A stretch of DNA of 64,000 bases from an uncultured Candidatus Saccharibacteria bacterium (GTDB lineage: Bacteria > Patescibacteriota > Dojkabacteria > J137), in NCBI GenBank assembly GCA_964414295.1, contig CAYPVU010000046.1:2767-66766 (forward strand), written 5' to 3'. Both the position numbers and the translations under genes were made by a program. Below are positions 8,538-19,100 of the stretch, one piece after another; positions within the stretch are counted from its first letter, which is position 1, and each line of letters begins with the position of its first letter. The notes beneath the pieces were generated by a model. It had not been told where the DNA came from. It made no database searches and saw nothing but the letters and a program-made list of their open reading frames with translations.

Positions 8538-11500
8538 TTTTTTAATATCTCCATTTACATAATCATAAAAGTACTCTAATCTTCCCCAACCTACTATGAA
8601 TCTTCTTGATTTCTTACCTAGTTTATGATCTTCTCCAGTTAAAGCTTTCCAAACTTCTTTAAACCAGTTCATACCATCTTCTAAAGTACCAGAAGTAGCC
8701 ATAGGAGATTTTAAGATTTCCATTGCTGAGCCTAAACTTACAAAGAATGTTAATTCAGATACTAATCTATCAGATATTCTTGTAACATATCTCTCAAACC
8801 AAGTATCGTCATCATCACCATCATCAGACTTTAAAACAGTTACTAAACCAATTAATGCTGTAATAACAGCCATTTCTAATAAAACTCCTTTAAGATTAGA
8901 TTTTTCCATTTCAGATAGTTCAGAGAATTTCTTTTTACCTCTTAATATACCAAAGCCTTCTCTTAATAAAGTTCTATATCTACCTTCCACCCAAGTTTCT
9001 AATACATAATCATATTTCTTAGCTCCCCATCTAGACTCAAACTGTCTAGGAATCCAGTTACGATGTTGCATTAACAATCTACCCATTATAGTTCTATTGA
9101 TAGCTGCTTTATCATTAGGGTCTAAATTACCAGTTATATTTTTAATAACATGTAATACTTTCTGTCTAAATACTGCTATTTCTTCAGTAGTTGGTTCAGG
9201 TTTATTAGGATTATTCCAAACTAATTCTCCATCTTTAATAGTATAATCATTAAAAGATATACCATATTTACCTTCTAACATCATAGCCATCATTACAGAG
9301 TTCTGTAAAGCAAATTCAGATACTTTATATAAAGAATAAAAATGACTAGTATCAAATATCTTTTTAGATTTATAAGCAGTTAATTCTTTTGCATATTCTC
9401 TACCAAAGAAACCTGTAACTATATCAAATTTCTCCATTAGTAGTTTAGCTTTTTTATCATTTTCTGTAATACCACCATTACCTAAAGTAGCATATTTATA
9501 AGCTTTACCAAAGTTTTTAGTACTATAATATTTACCTGTTATAGCAGCAAAAGAAGCATTTGTTATATTACCTAAATGATCTACAACTGGAGCAAATAAG
9601 TTTAAACCTAAGTTCTTTAAAGATGTATAAGCTATTACTTTATCAAAAGCTTTATCTAAACCATATCTTTTACCACCTATTTCTATACCAGTTCCTTCTT
9701 CTTTAGCTCTCCCATAAAATACAGTATCTATATAATCTTTTAAGTGATTATAAGTATTAGTATTATCAGCTTTCATTTTCTTAGTACCATCAGGCATAAC
9801 TGCCTCAATAGCTTGAGTTTCTTTAATTTTATCTAAAGTAATTAAAGCAGTATTTTCTACTTCTTTTAACTCTCTATATCTATAAGCACTATCAATAAAT
9901 GTATAAAGTACTTGTCCTAAATCATAAGACTTTCTTTTATCCATAAACTCTCTTCTTTCTTCTCTATTATAGAATACCATTTCTTGAGCACCTAATACAG
10001 GAATATCATTAACTCTTTCACCAGTAATAGGATTTCTTAAACCATATTCTTTTTCATCCATTGTAAATTGTAAAGATTCAGAAGCTTCTTTTGGTAATTG
10101 TTTAATAGCTTCTAAAAAGCCTATATCCATAGCTTTCTCTACAAATTGTTTAGTAAAGTTTGGAATAAAGTTACTTCTAACATCTTTCATTGGTAAAAAC
10201 TCAGATACATCATCCATAGTTTTAGTATAAAGATCATAAAACTCTTTAAGTCTAGAATCATTTTGTATTTCTAAATACTTAGGATCAGCCCAGATTTCCA
10301 TCTTAGGTTTTCTAAACTTATTATTGTTTTTATTTCTTTCTTCCCATACTTTGATATTTTCATTGTATTTCTTTTCCCAAATATTATCAGCAATTAATAA
10401 TAGTTCATCTTGTGTTCTATCTTTATATTTATCAGATTTATTAAGATTACCTAATATTTCTACTATATCATATTTCTTTCTACCTTTTAATACTTCCTCA
10501 TAATTTTTTTTAGACGTTTTATACTTTTCATCATCTTTAATTGTATTCTTAGTAAACCATTCATCATTATTACTTCTAAGAGCTTTATTAAATTCTAACC
10601 AATAAGAATATTTAACAGGAGCTACTAAATTACCTGTTTTATTACCTTCATCATCTATTTGAAGCATTCTATCAAAATCAGAACTAGTTAGGTTATTTTT
10701 ATCAATAACAGCTTTAATTTTATTTTTTAAAGTATAAGAATCTTGTCTGCTCTTTTCTAAAGCTTTAGTAACCATTTTATAAACAGAAGCTACTAAAGGA
10801 TTTTCTGATTTACTAACACCTAACCAAAATCTAGACCACATAGAAGTTTCTACTTGTGGTTGTAAAGCATCTTCAGGAGATACTATACCATTTTGTCCTA
10901 ATATTTGTTGTTTAGTTAAATTATCACTAATAATATTAGTAGCTATTTTAAGCATAACACCTTCTAATCTCTTAGCAGTACCAACTATACTATCTACTAC
11001 AGCATGATCTTTTTTAGTTTTTAATTCTTCATCTGATAATATACTATTAAGATTAGTATATAACTTTAAACTATCTTTAATATCTTGCCAATTTAAACTA
11101 GGATCAAAGTTATCATCAGTTAATAAATCTTCTATAATAAGTAAATCTCTTTGTATAGCAGGTAATATACTAGCTAATGTTCTCTGTTTCTGTAAGTTAG
11201 AAATATATGTTTCTCTTGTAGAAATAAAATCTTTTATTTTTTCTTTCTCTTTCTCATCAGTTTGTTTAGTTAATTTTCTCTCTAATATTTCTATTTGAGT
11301 TCTAAAATTATCTATCATTTCATCAATCTTAACTATACCAGTTTTTTCTAAACCTGTAGGAATAGAATTGTTATACTCAAATGATTTTAAGAAATATTTT
11401 TTAGTATTAGTAGTTTTATCATCTTGTATAGTATAAGTATTAGATATAGGTATAATACGTTTTTTAGCTACTTTAGAAGGAAGTATACCTAGTTTAGGAT

Positions 11501-13154
11501 CACCTTTTTCAAGTATCTTAACATATTCATTAATCTGAAGATTGTAACCTTTCATTTTATTTTTATGAATACCTGATTTACTACCAGGTTTAACATCATA
11601 AATATCTAAAGTACCATCTTTCCTAATAATAAGGATATCTATTGTACCAGCTCTTTTACTAGTAGTATTAGCAACCATTACTTCAGATAATACAATAGAA
11701 CCATCTTTTTTAGCCTCAGCTATAATATCAGCAATAGTTTCTATACCAGAATCAGAACTTCTAGTATTAAGTTTAGATTTTAATATACTATATATAGGAT
11801 TACTAGAATATTTAGATTCAATAGGTTTTAAATGCTTATTCTCATTAGGAAAAGCTTCTCTAATTAATTCTGATACTATTGCATGTTTTAATAACCCTAT
11901 TTGCTTTTCTCTTTCATTTTTCTCTATATCTTCTTTAGTTTGAGTAGAACCAGCAAATCTTTTATTATAATCCTCTTCTACCATTTCAGTAGGTGATTTA
12001 TAACCTTTTTCTCCTAATACTTCATATCTCTCTCCTTTAGCTCCAGTTTCATCTTTTATTATTTTAGATTGTAACTCTTGTAAAGAAGTTAATATAGATT
12101 TTTGAGATACTTCTCCAGCTTGATAAAAATCAGAATCTTCTAATGTTTGATTATTTTTTTTAGACGTTTTACCAGAGAGTATTTCAGAAGCTATATCTTT
12201 ATAAGGATTAGATACTTTATTATCAGCTATTCTAATAGCATCAGATAACTTAGTTAATCCTACATTCTTTAATATTCTTTTTAATACATTTAATACATTA
12301 TCAAACCATCTATTAGCTTTTTCTATATTAGCTTCAGTTTCTTCACCTTTAAACTGTTTAACTATATGATTAGCTATTAATTTACCAATAGCTTCTTCTT
12401 TTATCTTATCTATATTAGATGTACCATCTTCATTCTGATATGCTACAAATGAACTATATTCAGCTAAAGTAGCTTTATATATCTCATATTTAGTTATATC
12501 CTTCATCATCTTATTAAATAAAGGATTATCTTTACCTAATAATCTTACAGCAAAGTGAGCAGCTTCTTCAGATAAAGTATCTAATCTAGATTTACCTTTA
12601 ACTACTTGTATTAAATTATCTAATAACTTAGCTCTAGCTATAACATTTAAAGGATTTCCTTGAGAATCTGTTATCTCATCTAATTCTTCTACTGTTACAC
12701 CAATACTATCTAAATATTCCTTTATAATATTATCTAAGTTTTCGTTAGCATCTTCCATCATAGAAGATACTTGATAATTACCTGATTTTATTTTTTCAAT
12801 ATTAGCTTTTCTACCATTAGAATAAGTTAAATAATAATTACCATTAGATGCTTTAGCTATATCTAAATTTAATTTTTGAGCCTCTTGTCTTAGTTGGGCT
12901 ACATGTACTAAACTACTTGGAGCAAAACCACTTTGATTAATATTCCATTTATTAAGAAAAAAATTAATATCTTTTTCAGATACTTGATAAAAATCAGTAT
13001 TAATATTAAGCTCTTCTAAAGTAGGAAATCTATCATAATTATTATTCTTAGATTGCCATACAGAAAACTTAGCAGCTACTAAATATGAAGGTAATCCTAA
13101 TCTATCAGCTGCTTGTTTTACTTCAGGATGATTTTTATTTATACAAATAATCAT
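8535..13154 (-). CDS. large virion (probably ejected) protein, 1539 aa, with an acidic patch and a C-terminal transmembrane helix
   Basis: Last gene of the late operon, with a 4-nt overlap to the giant ORF. The C-terminal region has GVLLEMAVITALIGLVTVL followed by DDGDDDD. Confidence 0.45.
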   Translation of the reverse strand: MIICINKNHPEVKQAADRLGLPSYLVAAKFSVWQSKNNNYDRFPTLEELNINTDFYQVSEKDINFFLNKWNINQSGFAPSSLVHVAQLRQEAQKLNLDIAKASNGNYYLTYSNGRKANIEKIKSGNYQVSSMMEDANENLDNIIKEYLDSIGVTVEELDEITDSQGNPLNVIARAKLLDNLIQVVKGKSRLDTLSEEAAHFAVRLLGKDNPLFNKMMKDITKYEIYKATLAEYSSFVAYQNEDGTSNIDKIKEEAIGKLIANHIVKQFKGEETEANIEKANRWFDNVLNVLKRILKNVGLTKLSDAIRIADNKVSNPYKDIASEILSGKTSKKNNQTLEDSDFYQAGEVSQKSILTSLQELQSKIIKDETGAKGERYEVLGEKGYKSPTEMVEEDYNKRFAGSTQTKEDIEKNEREKQIGLLKHAIVSELIREAFPNENKHLKPIESKYSSNPIYSILKSKLNTRSSDSGIETIADIIAEAKKDGSIVLSEVMVANTTSKRAGTIDILIIRKDGTLDIYDVKPGSKSGIHKNKMKGYNLQINEYVKILEKGDPKLGILPSKVAKKRIIPISNTYTIQDDKTTNTKKYFLKSFEYNNSIPTGLEKTGIVKIDEMIDNFRTQIEILERKLTKQTDEKEKEKIKDFISTRETYISNLQKQRTLASILPAIQRDLLIIEDLLTDDNFDPSLNWQDIKDSLKLYTNLNSILSDEELKTKKDHAVVDSIVGTAKRLEGVMLKIATNIISDNLTKQQILGQNGIVSPEDALQPQVETSMWSRFWLGVSKSENPLVASVYKMVTKALEKSRQDSYTLKNKIKAVIDKNNLTSSDFDRMLQIDDEGNKTGNLVAPVKYSYWLEFNKALRSNNDEWFTKNTIKDDEKYKTSKKNYEEVLKGRKKYDIVEILGNLNKSDKYKDRTQDELLLIADNIWEKKYNENIKVWEERNKNNNKFRKPKMEIWADPKYLEIQNDSRLKEFYDLYTKTMDDVSEFLPMKDVRSNFIPNFTKQFVEKAMDIGFLEAIKQLPKEASESLQFTMDEKEYGLRNPITGERVNDIPVLGAQEMVFYNREERREFMDKRKSYDLGQVLYTFIDSAYRYRELKEVENTALITLDKIKETQAIEAVMPDGTKKMKADNTNTYNHLKDYIDTVFYGRAKEEGTGIEIGGKRYGLDKAFDKVIAYTSLKNLGLNLFAPVVDHLGNITNASFAAITGKYYSTKNFGKAYKYATLGNGGITENDKKAKLLMEKFDIVTGFFGREYAKELTAYKSKKIFDTSHFYSLYKVSEFALQNSVMMAMMLEGKYGISFNDYTIKDGELVWNNPNKPEPTTEEIAVFRQKVLHVIKNITGNLDPNDKAAINRTIMGRLLMQHRNWIPRQFESRWGAKKYDYVLETWVEGRYRTLLREGFGILRGKKKFSELSEMEKSNLKGVLLEMAVITALIGLVTVLKSDDGDDDDTWFERYVTRISDRLVSELTFFVSLGSAMEILKSPMATSGTLEDGMNWFKEVWKALTGEDHKLGKKSRRFIVGWGRLEYFYDYVNGDIKK

Positions 13155-16100
13155 TGGTTATTCTTTAAACATTTTAACATTACTCTTTTATCTTCTTCAG
13201 TACCCATATTAAAGTAACTCTCAGTAATATCTTGAGCTTCTAACTTATCTTTAACTTCTTGTATTAAGTTTGCAAATATAATACTTTTATCTGAATTAAT
13301 CAAAGAATTTATATAATTATCTAAATTATTAAACTTATCTTTTATACCATACATTTTCATTTTTTTATTGAAATCTTCAGTATTAAAGTCTTCAGTAAAA
13401 GTATAACCATCGTTATATGTTATTTTAGCTGTAGTAACATTATTGTTAACAGAAATAACATTTATTTTAATGTTATTAAAGTTATTCTTAGAATCTATTT
13501 TATAGTCTATAATTGGTGTACTAGTTTCTTTATTCGGATGATCTATAGAAAACTCTTGATTTTTAAGTATATAATTATCTAAATTATCTGTAACTTTAAG
13601 TTCTTGTCTAACTTCCATTAATAATTTAGGAAACTCTTTACCCCATTTACCTTTATCTTGTGTATGTGTAAGTTCTGACTTTCCTGTAGCTAATAATTTT
13701 TGTAAAGCTTTTGGATTTTGTTCAAAAGAAGCTTTTATTAACTGACCCATTAATTCCGTCTGTTGTGCATCAGTAGTTGTACCTAAAGGTCCTCTAAATT
13801 TAGAAACAGTCATTACACCATTTCTATTAAAAGGAATATAAGCTCTGTTATCGTAAGTAGCTTTATCAAACTTACCGCCTTTTAAAGATTGGTATGCTTG
13901 TTCCACAGAATTAAAAGAAACACCTTTAAAAGTAAAAGGTCTAACAGCAAAGTTACTCAACTCAGCATTTTCATTAGTATCTGCGTAAATATTAATTTTA
14001 GGTAAACTTGGGTCAAATAAATTATCTATTGGTGCTTCTTTAGCAGGAACAGATAATTCAACTGGATTTAATAAAGCACTTGTTAATTCATCTTCTATAA
14101 CATTATCTTGCTCAACATTAGTTTCATTTATTTCAATAGTAGATATAGGAGTAGGTTTAACCATATTATATTCATTAACTCTTCCTAAAGAATCAGCAAT
14201 AAAGTTTCTTTGCTCTAAAGTTAATCCAGTATTATTTTCATCTATAATACTTTTCTTTTTAGTCTTATACCATTCTTGTAAATTAGCTCCATTACCTAAA
14301 GGATTATCTATTACAAAAACAGGCATATCTTGAGAATCTTTACCCATATTTTCATAGATAAACTCTCTCTTAGCATCAGGATTCCACATTTTAATATACT
14401 TTTTATTAGAGTATACTTTATTATAATCAGATTTTTTTAAAGAAAACCCTAAAATTCTATCACCATCTTTATATACTCTATTAGTATTATATAAAGGTAT
14501 CATTTCTTGTAACTCTTGATTAAATACCATATTATATAATTTAAACTTAGATAATACAGTTTTCCAATTATTTTTAGCAAATTGAACTACAAATCCTCTA
14601 GTAATACCTTCTTGATCTTTAATATAAGCTTCTTTAAATAAATTTAAAGCTCTTTGTAATACTGGTATCATTTTATCAGCAGGTAAGTATTTCATATAAC
14701 TTAAATAACTTTCTGCTATACCAGATTGAAATAAAGCTAAATCTATTAATTTACCTCCTAAAGCAGGATTAGTATTAAATAACTCTTGTATAGAACCTGT
14801 TATCTGATCTGATGTATATTTATTAAACTTTTTATTAATAAACTGTACATTATCTATACTTGATTTATTTTTAATAAGAGGTATAACATATCTATTTATA
14901 AATAGATTATTATGTAAAGGATGATTAGGATCTCTCTTAATAGCTAATATTTGTTTACCAACAGAGTTATCACCTAAAAATAATTCTTTTAATAAATTTT
15001 GGTTAACTAATGTTTCATCTAATCCTACTAAGTATACATAATTTAAAAATGAATCAGTTATAGTATCTAATAATTTTTCATCTTGGATATCTCCTTCTAT
15101 GTTCATAAATGATTTAATTTCATTTAAGAACTTTTTATATAAAGGAGAACCAGTTAATAATAATTGCCCCCATAAGTCTATTGAAAATTTAGCACCATTG
15201 TTTTTAAATCCTCTCATAAAAGTAGCATTATATACTTCTTTTAAATTAGGTATTAGTACTCTACCAATAGGAACAGTTGGATCTATACCAGCTTTTTCTT
15301 GTTTAGCAATATAATTATAAGCACTAGGAAGATCTTTACCTACACCAAATGTATCATCTTTAGTAGCATTAATAGCATCAGTATACAATTTAGAATCTTC
15401 CATTAATCTTAAATAGTCATCTAATAATTGTAACTGTAATTTAGCATTTTCTGCTTCAGATAGTTGTCTAAGTTCTCTTAAATTATTAAAGTTAAAAGTA
15501 TTATTACCTAGTATATTATCTCTATCTTTTTTGTATTGAGTGTTTACAAACTTTATAACTTCAGGTTCTTTAGCATCATATAAACTATATTGATATAACT
15601 TAACAGAATCTTTGTTTAATTGTTTAATATACTTATCTCTTATTTTTTTAATTACTTCATTTTTACTTAAATTATTCTTACCAGTTAAACCTTTATTAAT
15701 TCTAGATTCTTTCACAAAATCTCTAATAATAGGTTGATTTAAGAACTCTATAACAAACTTATAATCAGCTCCTATAGAAATCATATATAAAGCTAAATCA
15801 GTTGTCATAGGATTAATATTCATCTTAGAAATAAATGGATCTTTAGCATTATCCACAAATGCTGTTAAGAACTCAGAAATCATTTCAGATATCAATGTAT
15901 TTCCTTTATTATCATAAACACCAGCTAATGATGGATATCCTTCTTGAGTTTTATTAAAATCAAAATTATAACTAAATCCTGGAACTACATATAGATTAGC
16001 AATTTGTGATAATATGTGGAAAGTATTGTGTAATGCTGATTGACCAACACCTGCTTTACCTTCCATATTTCTAACATGAGTATCTAATATTGTAGGAAAC

Positions 16101-19100
16101 TCTATTAATTTAGATCCTTTTACTTTACTAGAACCATCATCATAAAACTCTTCATATAGTTGTTTAAGCTTAGTACTACCATTAGGAGTAATTAACTGTT
16201 TAAATATTATATCATTAGGACCACTATTTCTTAATACAGTATGATTAATTTGATTTAATCTATTTTGTAATATTTGCTCTTCTGATAAAGGTTTATTATC
16301 AAAGTTATGATTATTAATAAATATATTTAATTTATCCACGTCAAAATCAGAACCACCTTGTGCAACTATCTCAGAAGGTACTACAACAGATTGTCCAGAT
16401 TCAGCAGGTAAAAATCCTACTATTTTAAAACTAACCATTGAGTTAAGTCCTTGTGTAGGAATACGATATCCTAATACATCTAATAATTCAGGATTAATTT
16501 TAGCTAAGTCTTCAACTGTTTTAACACCTTTATCAGCCCACATATTAGGAACTAATATTTCAGCTTGTAGAATCTCTTTACCATTTTTATCATTCTTTCT
16601 AACAAAAGCTAATCTTCTAGATCCTACTTCTTTATCAGTTTTCATACCAACAGTTTCAAATCCTGTTGATGCTACTTGAATTAATGTAGTACCTTTAGTT
16701 TTTTGTTTAATAATTCTATTATTAACTAAAGCTTGGAATAAGTTTTCTATTTTATTTCTAACTACAAGAGAATCTAAACTAGCCTTTAGTTTACTAGGAT
16801 TGTCTTTATCATATAATTCATCAAGACCATCTATAATATTCTCAGGTAAATTTCTTTGTCTTACTTCAGCCTTAATTAACTTTAATAGTTTTTCAGTATT
16901 ATTAAAAGTATAAATATCTTCTTCTTTAGTTACACCTAGCTCAGATAATAACTTTTCTTTAGATATTTCTGTAAGTCTATCTATAATATCAGAATACTCA
17001 TTAAATAATTCAGTAGCTGTAACTTCTTTATTATTATAAAAGTCAATTAACTGATAGTTATTATCAACACCTAGACCAAATAAATTAGAGAATAATAGTT
17101 TTCTTAGCTGTGTACCGTATAATATATTAGTTTTAACTTCCTGATTAGTATCTAACTGTAATCTTAAATAATCTAATCTTATTTTATTAGTATATAATTC
17201 TCCTTTATTAGATATTTTAATATCACTATTAGGATCATTATTTACATATAAATCATTTAACATAACCTTTGAGGGTGTACCTACTTTATTACCTGATTCA
17301 AATACAGCTATACCTACTCCATTATTCATTAAAGATTTATTTAAGTTCTCTAATTTACTACCTTTAATCATTGTAGGTAATAAAGGAACTAATGATAACT
17401 TTAAATAGAATGGTACATAAGAATCTTTATAATTTAGATCTGGTCCATAGTGCATTGGTTTTATTGGACTAAATAAAGCAAACTCTTCTTTAGTAATAGT
17501 TTGGTTATTCATTAATTTCTTATAAGCAGCTTCATGCGAATCAGACCAATAATAACCACCTAATCTAATCATATAATCTCTAAATGCAGGTAATGTAATA
17601 TATCCTTGAGCATCTGCTTCATTTAATTTAGCATAAGTTTCATCTACTATAGCAGGATCAATATATTTTTTATATTCATCTGTTAATAAAGATGTAATTA
17701 TAACATCCTTATAAACAGCTACTTTCATAGTACCATCTGTAGGATATTCAGATACTTGCTCAGGAAGTACGTTAATAAAATGATCTCTATATATTAAATT
17801 ATTAATATAAGAATCAATAGCAGGTATCTTACCAGTTGCTATTATACCAGGAGTTCTTTTATAGAAATCTTTAAAATAAGCTAAATCACCAAAAAATAAT
17901 TTAGTTTGTTCTATTGCACTAATTAACTCATTAACTCCAAATATAGCAGCTATTTCATTAATTTTATAAGATTGTAAGTTTTTACTTAAATCTGAAGAAG
18001 TTACATTAAACTCTTGTAATTTAGGTAATAATCTATTATTAGTATAATCTGTTAGATAATCAAATAACTCTCCTCTAAATCTATCTAATAGTTCATCATA
18101 TACTTTAGTACCTTCAATAATAGGTAACTTATAAGTTATTAAATCACTTTTTAGTTTATCAGATAACCAATCAAATAATAAAAACTCTTTACCATTTTTA
18201 TCAAACTCTTCTACTCCTTCTAATGTATCATAACTATTGATTCTATTAAGTTCATCTAATACATATCCAAAGAATTGTCTTTGTAACTCAGGATTAACAG
18301 ATACTCTATTATTATCTATTTGTATATCTTCTTTAGTAAATACTTTTAATCCTTTTAAACCATATTCTAATTTCTTATCAGCAGGTCTTAATAAAGTATG
18401 TATTTTATTATCTAATAAGTCTATTATCCTAGATATAATAATATCTTTTTCAGATAGCTTAGAATGATGTTTAGATTCTTCTTCAGCACTAATACCATCT
18501 CTAATAACTATTTGTAATTTACTATTATTTTTAATCTGTCCTAACCAAGTACTATGAACAATATTTTTATTGTTAGCAGTATCTAATTGAGGTAATACTT
18601 TATTATTTTTTAAATCATTAATTATTTGAGCTAAATAATTATATAAAGTAACAGCATAAACAGATTTACCTTCAGAATTAATAAAGTTTAATTCTATTTC
18701 ATCAACAGAATTAAGAGCTTCCATATTAATTAACTGTTTAAATCTACCAGCAGATATATTATCACCATAGTTAAACCATTCAGTAATTTGTTTATCTTCA
18801 TTTATACTTTTTAGTACTTCAGCTTTTAACTCAGCTACTATACCTTTAGCTTTCTTATAAGTTTCTTCATTACTTAATTTAATACCTAAAGAATCTAAAA
18901 ATAATTTATCATTATCTTTAACACTATTATATAGTTTTAATTTTTCTTCTTTAGTTCCAATAGAATATTTAGAATTTTTAATTCCTGATAAAAACTCTTT
19001 TCTAATTTTACTTTCAAGCTTTTCTGTAATAGCATCTATAGAATAAATGTTACCATCTCTATCTACAATTGTTTTTACATAGTCATTTTTAGTTTTACTA

